From the NCBI GenBank assembly GCA_963795085.1, contig CAWCFX010000002.1, positions 64,001 to 128,000 of the forward strand: a DNA stretch of 64,000 nucleotides. The letters are read 5' to 3'. The translations under genes and the position numbers were made by a program. Shown here in pieces: positions 47,575 to 57,043 of the stretch (within the stretch, counting starts at the first letter, position 1; each line of letters starts with the position of its first letter). The stretch is from an uncultured Gemmatimonadales bacterium. GTDB taxonomy: Bacteria > Gemmatimonadota > Gemmatimonadetes > Gemmatimonadales > GWC2-71-9. The notes below the pieces were generated by a model. It was given only the letters and a program-made list of their open reading frames with translations. It was not told the DNA's origin and did no database searches.

Positions 47575-49233
47575 TTGAAACGGGAAATCCTCATCAACGG
47601 TGGCCCGCGGGAGACTCGCGTGGCCATCCTGGAAGACGACCGCCTGGTCGAGCTTCTGGTAGACCGGCCGGATCAGCGCCGCCGGGTGGGCGACATCTAC
47701 AAGGGACGGGTCGAAGCAGTCCTTCCCGGCATCCAGGCGGCCTTTGTTGACATAGGCCTGGAGAAGAGCGCCTTTCTCCACGCCTCCGACCTGCTGGAAC
47801 CGGACGAAGACGAAGATCCCGACGAGCTCACCCAGGTCGATGAGGCCGAGGAGGCCGCCGAGGCCGTTGCCGACCCTCTCGAGGCCGGTGCGGAGGAGGA
47901 GGCATCGCCCGAGCGGGAGCGCCGGTCCCGCCCCCGGGGTCCCAAGCCTGCCGAACCGCGGCAGCGGGAAGTGAGTCCCCGGCATCCGCTTCCCGACATC
48001 CAGGATATCCTCAAAAAGGGCCAGACGCTCCTGGTGCAGGTGACCAAGGAGCCCATCAGCACCAAGGGGTGCCGGGTCACCGCCCAGATCTCCCTGCCGG
48101 GCCGTTTTCTCGTTTACATGCCGGCCGCGTCGAAGGTCGGCGTCAGCCGGAAGATCGACAGCCGCGAACAGCGAGGCCGCCTCCGCGAGATGGTCTCGCG
48201 ACTGCTGCCGAAGGACGAGGGCGGCGTCATCGTGCGTACCGTGGCGGAAGGGGTAACCGAGGACCACTTCCGCCGGGAAATCGACTCGCTGATCGGTATC
48301 TGGAAGAAGATCCAGCGCAAGGAAACCTTCGTGAGGGCCCCGTCGCTGGTCCACCGGGAGACCAGCCTGACCCGCGGCATTATCCGCGATGTATTCAGCG
48401 CCAAGGTGGATGCCCTCCACGTCGACAGCCGGGATCACCACCACGAAATCGAACAATACCTCAAGCAGATCGACCCTGACCTGCTGAGCCGGGTCTTTCT
48501 GTACAACGAGCCCACCTCGTTGTTCGAGAAGTTCGACATCGAAACCGAGATCCGGGACCTGTTCAAGGCCCGATGCGAGCTGCCCACCGGCGGCTCGCTG
48601 ATCATCCAGCCCACCGAAGCCCTGGTGTCGATCGACGTGAATACCGGGCGCTACACCGGCCGCAAGGACCCGGAGAAGACCATTCTCCGGACCAACCTCG
48701 AGGCCGCCCGGGAAATCGCCCGGCAGCTTCGGCTGCGGGACATCGGCGGCATTATCGTCTGCGACTTTATCGACATGGAGACCCGCGCCAACCGGGAGAA
48801 GGTCCTCCAGGAGCTGCGCACCCATCTCGCGCGGGACCGGGCCCGGACCAAGGCCCTCGCCGTCTCCGACCTGGGCCTGGTCGAAATGACGCGCCAGCGG
48901 GTCCGTCCCTCCCTGCTTCAGGGGATGACCACGGATTGTCCTACCTGCTCCGGCTCGGGGCGGGTCTTCCGGCCGGAGGTGGTCGCCCGCCGGCTGGAAC
49001 GGAGCCTCAAGCGGGTCGGGCTGGAGCGGAAAGAGCGGCAGCTGGCCGTGCGGCTGCATCCGGAGGTCGCCCTCTACCTCCTGGAGGAGGAGCCCAAGCT
49101 GCTCAAGAGTATCGCCCGGGAGACCGGCGTGGAGCTCGAGCTCAGGGACGATCCCATGATGCGCCTGGACGAGTTCCGGCTCATGAGCCGGCCAGCCGGC
49201 CGGGACGTGACCGAGATTTACGCGGTGGCTTAA
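47575..49233 (+). CDS. rng: Ribonuclease E/G family (Rne/Rng)
   Basis: GDIYKGRVEAVLPGIQAAFVDIG, VQVTKEPISTKG, SIDVNTG, RQLRLRDIGGIIVCDFIDM, CPTCSGSG. Start placed at TTG 47575 (MKREILIN) with GAGGG upstream. Confidence 0.9.
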   Translation: MKREILINGGPRETRVAILEDDRLVELLVDRPDQRRRVGDIYKGRVEAVLPGIQAAFVDIGLEKSAFLHASDLLEPDEDEDPDELTQVDEAEEAAEAVADPLEAGAEEEASPERERRSRPRGPKPAEPRQREVSPRHPLPDIQDILKKGQTLLVQVTKEPISTKGCRVTAQISLPGRFLVYMPAASKVGVSRKIDSREQRGRLREMVSRLLPKDEGGVIVRTVAEGVTEDHFRREIDSLIGIWKKIQRKETFVRAPSLVHRETSLTRGIIRDVFSAKVDALHVDSRDHHHEIEQYLKQIDPDLLSRVFLYNEPTSLFEKFDIETEIRDLFKARCELPTGGSLIIQPTEALVSIDVNTGRYTGRKDPEKTILRTNLEAAREIARQLRLRDIGGIIVCDFIDMETRANREKVLQELRTHLARDRARTKALAVSDLGLVEMTRQRVRPSLLQGMTTDCPTCSGSGRVFRPEVVARRLERSLKRVGLERKERQLAVRLHPEVALYLLEEEPKLLKSIARETGVELELRDDPMMRLDEFRLMSRPAGRDVTEIYAVA

Positions 49234-49265
49234 GGGGTAGCAGGGTCCGATTCCTCCCAGCCCCC

Positions 49266-49294
49266 TTGACCCAACCGCCTCTCCCGTCTAGCTT
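49266..49294 (+). promoter_or_regulatory. sigma70 promoter of rplU-rpmA
   Basis: TTGACC-17 bp-TAGCTT. Confidence 0.7.
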
Positions 49295-49332
49295 TAGCGG
49301 CTCACTACGAACCGACTTCTGGTAAGGCCATT

Positions 49333-49647
49333 ATGTACGCGATCTTCCGCGCCCTCGGCAAGCAATTCCGGGCCGAAAAGGGACAGACCATCCGGCTTCC
49401 GCTTATGAAGGCCGAGCCGGGAAGCACGGTAAAATTTGACGAAATTCTCCTGACCGCCGATGGTGACAGCATCACCGCCGGGGCCCCGCTGGTGAAGGGC
49501 GCCTTCGTCGAGGCCGAGGTCATCGGTGATGGCAAGGAGAAGAAAATCTTCGTGTTCAAGTTCAAGCGACGGAAGAACTATCGCCGGAAGACCGGGCATC
49601 GCCAGAAATTCACCGAAGTGCGCGTCACCGACGTGCAGGCAGGCTGA
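49333..49647 (+). CDS. rplU: 50S ribosomal protein L21
   Basis: [37 protein letters not shown]. Confidence 0.97.
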   Translation: MYAIFRALGKQFRAEKGQTIRLPLMKAEPGSTVKFDEILLTADGDSITAGAPLVKGAFVEAEVIGDGKEKKIFVFKFKRRKNYRRKTGHRQKFTEVRVTDVQAG

Positions 49648-49654
49648 GGATCCC

Positions 49655-49927
49655 ATGGCTCATAAAAAAGGCGTAGGTTCCAGCCGCAACGGCCGGACCG
49701 CGAATCCCAAGTACCTGGGCGTGAAAAAGTTCGGCGGCGAGCGCGTACGGACCGGCATGATCCTGGTGCGCCAGCGGGGCACCAAGTTCCACCCGGGCAA
49801 GAACGTCATGCGCGGCTCCGATGACACGCTCTTCGCCTCGGCGGATGGCGTGGTGAAGTTCGAGCATAAAGACAAGAACCGCCAGAAGGTGTCCGTTTAC
49901 CCGATGGAGACCGCCGCCAGCGCGTAA
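49655..49927 (+). CDS. rpmA: 50S ribosomal protein L27
   Basis: [39 protein letters not shown] Shine-Dalgarno. Confidence 0.97.
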   Translation: MAHKKGVGSSRNGRTANPKYLGVKKFGGERVRTGMILVRQRGTKFHPGKNVMRGSDDTLFASADGVVKFEHKDKNRQKVSVYPMETAASA

Positions 49928-49949
49928 GCCGCAGGATCGGCGGGCAGTG

Positions 49950-49985
49950 AAAAAAGGCGGAGCCCCTTCCGGGACTCCGCCTTTC
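49950..49985. terminator. Bidirectional intrinsic terminator
   Basis: aaaaaaggcggag-ccccttccggga-ctccgccttt, between convergent rpmA and the ferritin-like gene. Confidence 0.8.
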
Positions 49986-50013
49986 AGTTCTCGACCCCCC
50001 AGGCCCTGGATCC

Positions 50014-50625
50014 CTAAAGCGCCCGATCCACCGGGATCTCGTCGGCGTTTGGCACCTTCTTGGCGTTTTGCCGCCAGGCGTTTTCCAGTGTCTCTGCGAT
50101 CTGGGGCAGCACATCCTCCCGCGCCGGCAGTCCCTCTTCCAGCAGGAACTCGATGACAGCACCGGGAATGATGTTGTGCAGCGTCATCACCACCTCGGTG
50201 TAGTCCACCAGGTGGCGCTGAGCCAGCTCGGCCACCTTCCGATTGCCCAGGGAAAGTGCCGTGGTGTGAAGCATCACATAGCCGATCGTGGCCAGGTTGA
50301 TCGCGGTATAATCGTCCCGCAGGTTCTTGGGAAGCGACTCATTGCGCACCAGGTCGATGGCTCCCGCGGCCAGTCCGGCCAGCGCCGACCCCAGCTTCTT
50401 GATCGTCCCGGAGGCATCCTCGCCCCCCATTTCCTCGGCCAGGCCCTCAAGGGTCCGGATGTGACTCTCCGTGGTGGCATTGATGGTGCGCAGTTCCCGG
50501 ACGACATCGGGATAGTTTTCCAGGTCCTCCACCTGCGCCTGCAGCGCCTTGGAGATGTGCTTCTCCAGGGCCAGCATATCCGTCACATAACTCTTGATGG
50601 TCTGCGTGATATCATTAGTGGCCAT
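50014..50625 (-). CDS. Ferritin-like DUF892 (YciF/YciE-like) protein
   Basis: SYVTDMLALEKHI, TESHIRTLE, KNLRDDYTA..GYVMLHTTA; GGAGG before ATG 50625. Confidence 0.75.
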   Translation of the reverse strand: MATNDITQTIKSYVTDMLALEKHISKALQAQVEDLENYPDVVRELRTINATTESHIRTLEGLAEEMGGEDASGTIKKLGSALAGLAAGAIDLVRNESLPKNLRDDYTAINLATIGYVMLHTTALSLGNRKVAELAQRHLVDYTEVVMTLHNIIPGAVIEFLLEEGLPAREDVLPQIAETLENAWRQNAKKVPNADEIPVDRAL

Positions 50626-50815
50626 GAACTTCCTCCGCGTGGATTTGGGAATGATCATTACGTAGAGGACTATACCATTGTCTAACCCTGCGATGATGTG
50701 ATCCTTGCCATGCGCGGCGCAGACTCTACCTTTCAATGTGAAACACCTGCGATGGCACTTCCGTCAGCAGGTACGGGGTGCCGGTGCCAGGTGCCATTCA
50801 ACAGGAGATCCACAC

Positions 50816-51175
50816 ATGCCCACGATATTTGACCGATTGAACACCGAACTGGAATCCTTCGGGCGGAAGGCCCAGGCGGCGTTTGACGAGGGTCGTTTCC
50901 AGCTGGAGTTGCTCCGGCTGCGCCGCCAGCGGGACGATACATCCTGCAGCCTCGGGAAGCTCGTTTATAAGCGGGAGCGGGGGAAGGAAGTGGACCAGGT
51001 GCGGATCGATGCCCTGTTACTCAGATTGGACGATATCGAAGCCGCCATCGACAAGGTTGAACAGCAGATGGGAACCATCCGCGCCGAGGCCTATGAGGCC
51101 AGTCCGGCGGGCGCCGCAGAATCGGCGCCGGCTCCCGCCGAGCCGGCGGACGTGGCCGAAGGCTCCCCGTCGTGA
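50816..51175 (+). CDS. Hypothetical coiled-coil protein
   Basis: AGGAG before ATG 50816; helical LELLRLRRQRD..LGKLVY..IDALLLRLDDIEAAI. Confidence 0.7.
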   Translation: MPTIFDRLNTELESFGRKAQAAFDEGRFQLELLRLRRQRDDTSCSLGKLVYKRERGKEVDQVRIDALLLRLDDIEAAIDKVEQQMGTIRAEAYEASPAGAAESAPAPAEPADVAEGSPS

Positions 51176-51933
51176 CGCGGGGGCCGGCTGCCCTGGCTGG
51201 TGCGGTCGGCTTCGTCGCCTTGATTACGGGGCCCATGTCTCTCTCGGCCCAGTCGGAATGGCCGCAGCACTCAATGAGCCGGCCCCGGCCGCCCGCGGTC
51301 ACCCCCGGCCGCGACCCCGTGCCTGCGGCCCCGCCCTCGGATGCGATCGTACTCCTGGATGGTACGTCTCTCGATGCCTGGCGATCCTCGGAGTCCGGTC
51401 CGGCCCGCTGGCGCACGGTAGAAGGCGGCATGGAAGTGGTTCCCGGCTCCGGGGGCATGGAGACCCGGCAGGACTTCGGTGACGTGCAGCTGCACCTGGA
51501 ATGGAAGGCCCCCAACCCGCCCGCGGGGCAGGGCCAGGACCGGGGTAACAGCGGGGTATTTTTCATGGGACGGTACGAGGTCCAGATCCTGGACTCGTAT
51601 GACAACGATACCTACCCGGACGGCCAGGCCGGCGCGATCTACGGACAGTACCCGCCGCTGGTCAATCCAGTCCGGCCACCGGGCCAGTGGCAAAGCTATG
51701 ACATCGTGTTTCGGCGGCCCCGGTTCCACCCAAACGGGACCCTCCGGGCGCCTGCCCGGATGACGGTCGTTTTCAACGGCGTGCTGGTTCATGATGCGGC
51801 GGAGCTGGTGGGCCCCACCTCTCATCACGAACGCCTTCCTTATGCCACCCACCCCGACCGGCTCCCCCTTTCGCTCCAGGATCACGGTCACCCGGTCCGG
51901 TTTCGGAGCATCTGGATCCGTAACCTGGAGTAG
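51172..51933 (+). CDS. DUF1080 (3-keto-disaccharide hydrolase) family secreted protein
   Basis: PPSDAIVLLDG, FGDVQLHLEW, GNSGVF, YEVQILDS, WQSYDIVF, LQDHGHPVRFRSIWIR. Confidence 0.9.
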   Translation: MTRGPAALAGAVGFVALITGPMSLSAQSEWPQHSMSRPRPPAVTPGRDPVPAAPPSDAIVLLDGTSLDAWRSSESGPARWRTVEGGMEVVPGSGGMETRQDFGDVQLHLEWKAPNPPAGQGQDRGNSGVFFMGRYEVQILDSYDNDTYPDGQAGAIYGQYPPLVNPVRPPGQWQSYDIVFRRPRFHPNGTLRAPARMTVVFNGVLVHDAAELVGPTSHHERLPYATHPDRLPLSLQDHGHPVRFRSIWIRNLE

Positions 51934-51969
51934 ACCGCTCATTCCCACCACCTGTCACTTCGCCGCAGG

Positions 51970-53286
51970 TCACGTGTTTCCTCTCGCTCTTCCCACCACC
52001 GCCCATCCGACAAGGAAAAACACCGCCAGGAAGGCCACGCCGCCGATCGCCAGGCTGGGCTGAGTCACCGCGATCACGGTGAGCACGACGGCGTACATGA
52101 TCAGGACGAGGGCAGGCAACAGGGGATAGAACGGGACCCGGAAGGGCCGGTCCATATCAGGGTGAGTGCGGCGAAGCCGGAACAACGCCAGGAACACGAT
52201 CCCGTCCACCACCAGGGCGTTGAAGGTGAGGAACCGGATCAGGAGTTCGAAGGTGCCCGTGACGGCAAGAAGAAAGATGAGGCCGGCCGTCAGGGCCAGG
52301 GCGGCGGTCGGCGTGCCGCCGCGATTGACCTTCGTCAGGATGGCCGGTCCCAGGCGGTCGGTCGCAAGGCCGTATGGAATCCGCGGAGTACCCAGGAAAT
52401 TGGCGTTCAGGCCGGCGAGAAGCACGACCAGCCCAACGGCCGTGAGTGCGGCGTTCACGTGGGATCCGAGTACTTCCGTCAGGGCATCCCGGGCCACGAA
52501 ATCGGAGGCGGCCATCTCGGCCGGCGTGAGGGCGTGCAGGAATGAAAAATTGAGAAGGAGATACAAGACCGTGACGCCCAGGGCGCCCCCGATCAGCAGG
52601 CGGGGCATGTTCCGGCCGGGGTCGCGCACCTCGCCGGCCATCTTCACCGCGTCCTCCCACCCGTAGTACGTGAACCAGATGGACTGGTAAGCCAGCACGA
52701 CGCCGGTGGCGATGCCGGCCTCGGGGACGAAAGATGTGCCCGCCTGCCAGGAGGCCCCGTCGCCCAGCCAGAACGCGAGCCCCACGACCGCGACCAGCAG
52801 CAGCACCTTGAGAAAGGTCGTCACGTTCTGGAGGATGGAACCGGCCCGAAGCCCGATGAGGTGGATCAGGAAGAGCAGCACCACCACGCTGCCGGCGAAC
52901 ACCGGTGCCGATCCGAATCCCACCAGGGCGACCAGGTAGGTTCCGAATACCACCGCCTTGGATGATGCGGTGAAGGCCCGGATCCCGGCCAGCTCGGCCC
53001 AGCCCACCGCGAAGCCGGCCACGTCCCCGAACGCCTCGCGGGCATAGAGATATTTGCCGCCGGCCCGGGGGAACATCGCGGAGAGCTCCGCCAGGGTGAG
53101 CGTACTCATCATGACCATGACGCCGCCCAGCGCCCACATGCCGAGGATCAGCCAGGGCGAGCCGAGATAGGACGCGACCAGTCCGGGCGTCCGCAGGATC
53201 CCCACCCCGATGATAATTCCCACGACGATCGCCAGCCCGTCGAATGGGCTGAGGATCCGGAGCAGTTGTCCGCGAGACCCGGTCAC
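51970..53286 (-). CDS. APC-family amino acid permease
   Basis: GIIIGVGI, AELSAMFPRAGGKYLY, YYGWED..GEVRDPGRN, RPFRVPFYP; about 12 TM segments. Confidence 0.92.
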   Translation of the reverse strand: MTGSRGQLLRILSPFDGLAIVVGIIIGVGILRTPGLVASYLGSPWLILGMWALGGVMVMMSTLTLAELSAMFPRAGGKYLYAREAFGDVAGFAVGWAELAGIRAFTASSKAVVFGTYLVALVGFGSAPVFAGSVVVLLFLIHLIGLRAGSILQNVTTFLKVLLLVAVVGLAFWLGDGASWQAGTSFVPEAGIATGVVLAYQSIWFTYYGWEDAVKMAGEVRDPGRNMPRLLIGGALGVTVLYLLLNFSFLHALTPAEMAASDFVARDALTEVLGSHVNAALTAVGLVVLLAGLNANFLGTPRIPYGLATDRLGPAILTKVNRGGTPTAALALTAGLIFLLAVTGTFELLIRFLTFNALVVDGIVFLALFRLRRTHPDMDRPFRVPFYPLLPALVLIMYAVVLTVIAVTQPSLAIGGVAFLAVFFLVGWAVVGRARGNT

Positions 53287-53454
53287 GCAGTGGTCCGGCG
53301 ATCCTGCCGGGCTGGGGAGCGCTGAGACGGGAGAGGGGGGGCCGGGGCCGGGGACCGCGATGCCATCGGCCCGGCGGCGCAGGATTCCGTCACCGGGAAA
53401 GGGATAACCTGTGATCCCATGTCCAATCCTTTCAGGAAACTATCCGCCTCCGGG

Positions 53455-55521
53455 CTATCGGGCCAGATGAAATTCCAGTGGGACGCCTGCCAGAGATATC
53501 TTGACCAGCCGGTGGGGCGCCGCTGTGGTCACAAAGAAGTTGACCGTCGCCGGCCCTCCCGTCATCTCGGCCCGGTAGGTTTCAAAGCTCCCGGCCGGGA
53601 CCTGGACCGTGTCCACGCCTTTGACCACAAGGGCCATCGTGGTCACCGCGTTCTGTCCCGCGCTGAAGACATTCATGGTCCATTCCGCGTCGGCGGCCCA
53701 CGCCAGCGCGGGAAGCAGGCCGGTGATGCTGTTATCGTCGAGGGTGCCCGCCGCGACGACCGTGTCGATGGTCACGGTGCGGAACTCGGGCTGGCCGGCC
53801 ACTACCGCCTCCCCCTTCACCCGGCCGCCGGCGTACTGAAGGCTGATCCTGGTGGGTTTGCCCTGCATGGTGCCGGACTGGGTGACGTCCTCCACGTTCC
53901 CATCCGGACCGAGCCGCACGGTCGTGGACTGCTGCATGAAGCCCCCGATGCTGGTCTCTTCGGTGAGGAGGAATCCGCCGTCCACCACCCGGGTCTCGTT
54001 CCGCTGGTACCCCATCGAGTTGCCCTGGACCAGGACCGCGAAACTGTCCCGGGCTGGTACCAGCTTCGATAGATCGACGGCGAGGCCTCCGGCCGGCGCC
54101 AGCAGGGCGGCCGGATCCAGGCTGTCTCCGCTAACCGAGAAGATCCTGACCGGGCCGATGGCCTGCAGGGATTCGTAAATCCGGGTGGCGTCTCCCACCA
54201 CGACGACCAGGGGAGTCCGGGACTGAAACACCGCGCGTGCCGCTGCCCGGGCATCGGCCCGGGACACCGCGGCGATGCGGGTCCGATAGGTCTGGAGATA
54301 GTTAGCGGGGAGGCCGAGGAGTTTGGCCAGCGCGACGGCGCCGGCAACCTGGTTGGCCGTTTCAATGGTGAGCGGAAACCGGCCGACCAGCGCCCCCTTG
54401 GCCGCGGCCAGTTCGCTATCCGGCAGGGGCGTGTAACCCAGCCGGGTGATCTGGGCCAGCATTTCCCGGAGCGTCGAGTCGGTCACCTCGGCCCGCACAT
54501 CCGCGGCGGCCTGGAAGGTGCCCAGGCCCTTCGGGCGATCCAGGGTGGAGAATGCCCCGTAGGTCCAGCCCCGCTGTTCCCGGAGTGTCAGGAAGAGACG
54601 GCTGTCCGCGCCCCCGCCCAGCACCTGGTTGGCCACCTCGGCGGCAAAGCGGCGCGGGTCGGTGGGGGTGAACGTCGTGTTGCCGGTGATGATGTTGGAC
54701 TGGGCCGCCCCCGGGCGATGTACGAGAAAGATCTCGGTCGCCGTCCGGGCCGGTGGGGCGGGGAAGGCGGCGGCAATGGGCGCCCGGCCGGTCCACCCGG
54801 CCAGCGAGGCCGTCACCAGCCGGCGGACTTGGGCCATGGTAATATCGCCTGCGATCACGAGCAGGGCGCCCGCCGGGCGGAGCCGGCGCCGCTGGAACTC
54901 CGCCAGGTCTTCCCGGGTCAGGGCCTTGAGCGATGCCTCGCTCACCTGGCGGCCATACGGATGGCGGCCGTACACGCGGCGGGCGAAGAAGCGGGAGGCC
55001 ACCGTTCCGGGTTGCGACAGTTCCAGCTGCAGGGATGAAAGCGAACGGGTGCGTGCCAGTTCCAGTTCCTCCTCTGCGAAACGGGGCCGGAGCACCGCGT
55101 CGGCCAGCAGCGAAACGGCCAGTGCCGCCTGGGGCGCCAGGACATCCGCGCTGACCATCAGGAAATCGCGCCCTGCGCCGGCGTTCAGGCTGCCGCCCAC
55201 GCCCTCGATGGCCGCGGCCATTTCCTCGGCAGTCCGGTCGCCAGCGCCCCGGGTAAGCAACTCGGCGACCATGCTGGACAGTCCTTCCTTGCCGGCCGGG
55301 TCGTGGACGCTCCCGGCGGGAAACGCGAGCGTCATCGAGAGAACCGGCTGCGCGTGGCTCTCGACGAGGACGATGCGCAGGCCGTTGGGCAGCACGGTCT
55401 CCTGAAATGGAGGAAAGCGGGCCGGTGTTACCGGGCCGGCGGGAGGCGGGTCGGTTGGAAATTGCGCCGCCGCCGGCCGGGCCAGGCTTCCCAACGCGAG
55501 GGCGAGAAGCAGGGTCTTCAT
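53455..55521 (-). CDS. M16 peptidase, non-catalytic subunit with extra C-terminal domain
   Basis: Signal peptide MKTLLLAL; LPNGL; HxxEH replaced by MVAELL; SRLFLTLREQRGWTY; ATGA overlap with the upstream gene. Confidence 0.88.
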   Translation of the reverse strand: MKTLLLALALGSLARPAAAQFPTDPPPAGPVTPARFPPFQETVLPNGLRIVLVESHAQPVLSMTLAFPAGSVHDPAGKEGLSSMVAELLTRGAGDRTAEEMAAAIEGVGGSLNAGAGRDFLMVSADVLAPQAALAVSLLADAVLRPRFAEEELELARTRSLSSLQLELSQPGTVASRFFARRVYGRHPYGRQVSEASLKALTREDLAEFQRRRLRPAGALLVIAGDITMAQVRRLVTASLAGWTGRAPIAAAFPAPPARTATEIFLVHRPGAAQSNIITGNTTFTPTDPRRFAAEVANQVLGGGADSRLFLTLREQRGWTYGAFSTLDRPKGLGTFQAAADVRAEVTDSTLREMLAQITRLGYTPLPDSELAAAKGALVGRFPLTIETANQVAGAVALAKLLGLPANYLQTYRTRIAAVSRADARAAARAVFQSRTPLVVVVGDATRIYESLQAIGPVRIFSVSGDSLDPAALLAPAGGLAVDLSKLVPARDSFAVLVQGNSMGYQRNETRVVDGGFLLTEETSIGGFMQQSTTVRLGPDGNVEDVTQSGTMQGKPTRISLQYAGGRVKGEAVVAGQPEFRTVTIDTVVAAGTLDDNSITGLLPALAWAADAEWTMNVFSAGQNAVTTMALVVKGVDTVQVPAGSFETYRAEMTGGPATVNFFVTTAAPHRLVKISLAGVPLEFHLAR

Positions 55522-56888
55522 GGTGTGGCTCCTGCCGGGCCGGCCGGCGGCGGTGTTACGACCAGCAAAAGGGAGTTCTCGGGGCGGAACCATTCCCGGG
55601 CGACCCGTACCAGGTCCTCCCGGGTCACCGCCATGTACCGTGCAAAGCTGGTATTGATCGCCTCGGGCCCGCCCAGGAACAGGTTGGCGTGCTGCAGGCC
55701 CTCGGCGATCCCCATGGTTGTCTGCCTGCTGCGGATCGCCTCGGCGCGGAAGGTGTTGCGCGCCTTGGTCACTTCCGCTTCGCTCACGTCGCCGGAGGCC
55801 AGCCGGGCCACCTCCGCCACCAGCAGGGACTGCAGGGAATCGGGATGCACTCCCTGGTTAGCGACCGCGTAAGCGAGAAAGAAATTGGGGCCCCGCCGGG
55901 GCCCGAAAATTCCGTTGGCGGCAAAGGCGCCCACTGCGGCGCGGGTCTCCCGCACCAGGGCCCGGTTGAGGCGGCTGCTCTCCCCCTGGCCGAGCAGGGT
56001 ACCGAGCAGGGCCAGCGCGGGGGCATCGGCGTGGTTCTCCGCCGGGGTGCGATAGAGCAGCAGCACCGCCGGCAGGGTGGCATTCCGGTCTTCCAGGAAT
56101 CGCCGCAGGGCGCCGGGGTGCCCGGCCTGCTCGCAGGCGACCGGTGGCGGATCAGCGCCGCGCGGAATCTCGCCGAAGTACTCCTGGATCAGCCGGCGCG
56201 CCTCACCGGGGACAAAGTCGCCGCTGACCACCAGGGTGGCGTTGTTGGGCGCGTAGTACAGTCGGAAGAACTCCCGGACATCCTCCACCGAGGCCGCGTC
56301 CAGATCGGCCATCGAGCCGATGATCGAGTGGCTGTAGGGAAAACAGGTCGCCGAATCGAAGAGGGCCGTGGTGCCTTCGAAGATGGCGGCGCCGTACGGC
56401 TGGTTGTCCACCCGGAGCCGGCGCTCCTCCTTCACGGTTTCGGTCTGGTTGGCGAGGTTGGAATCGGTGATCGCCAGCGAGCGCATCCGGTCCGCTTCCA
56501 GCCACAGCCCGAGATTCAGGCGGTTGGAAGGAAGGGTCTCGTAGTAGTCGGTCCGGTCGCTCTGGGTGGTGCCGTTCATGGCGCCTCCCGCCCGCTCCAC
56601 CAGCTGCATGTGTTCGGCCTTGCCCACGTTCGCCGACCCCTGGAACATCATGTGCTCGAACAGGTGGGCGAATCCGGTGCGACCGGGCCGCTCGTTCCGG
56701 GAGCCGACGTCGTACCACACGTTCACGGTGACGACCTGCGCCGTGTGATTCTCGGCTAGAATGATCGTGAGGCCGTTGTCGAGGGTGTAGGTCTCGAAGG
56801 GGATCTTGCCGGGTTCCTGGGCAAACAACGGGGCCGCGAATGCGAGACTGCCGGAAAGGAGGATAGTTCTGATCATAGGGTGTCGCAT
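55518..56888 (-). CDS. M16 (pitrilysin) peptidase, catalytic subunit
   Basis: Signal peptide; LDNGL, VWYDVGS, GFAHLFEHMMFQGS (HxxEH), VKEERR, YYAPNNA. Start 56888 or 56876. Confidence 0.92.
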   Translation of the reverse strand: MRHPMIRTILLSGSLAFAAPLFAQEPGKIPFETYTLDNGLTIILAENHTAQVVTVNVWYDVGSRNERPGRTGFAHLFEHMMFQGSANVGKAEHMQLVERAGGAMNGTTQSDRTDYYETLPSNRLNLGLWLEADRMRSLAITDSNLANQTETVKEERRLRVDNQPYGAAIFEGTTALFDSATCFPYSHSIIGSMADLDAASVEDVREFFRLYYAPNNATLVVSGDFVPGEARRLIQEYFGEIPRGADPPPVACEQAGHPGALRRFLEDRNATLPAVLLLYRTPAENHADAPALALLGTLLGQGESSRLNRALVRETRAAVGAFAANGIFGPRRGPNFFLAYAVANQGVHPDSLQSLLVAEVARLASGDVSEAEVTKARNTFRAEAIRSRQTTMGIAEGLQHANLFLGGPEAINTSFARYMAVTREDLVRVAREWFRPENSLLLVVTPPPAGPAGATP

Positions 56889-57043
56889 CCCAGAATTAAT
56901 GTGGTGCACTTGCGATGGTACGGATGCCTGGTGTCGCAAGTACTTTAGCGCTGAGGTGCCAGAACAGAGAGCCCGACGACCAAACCGCGTAGGCTCGGCG
57001 GGTCGTGGCGACCCATGCACCGATGCGGTTATGCGCTTCCGGT

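Noticed and set aside
49648..49654. Prp (YsxB) protease gene or N-terminally extended L27 between rplU and rpmA
   Set aside because: The genes are 7 nt apart and L27 starts directly at MAHKKG, the ordinary arrangement.
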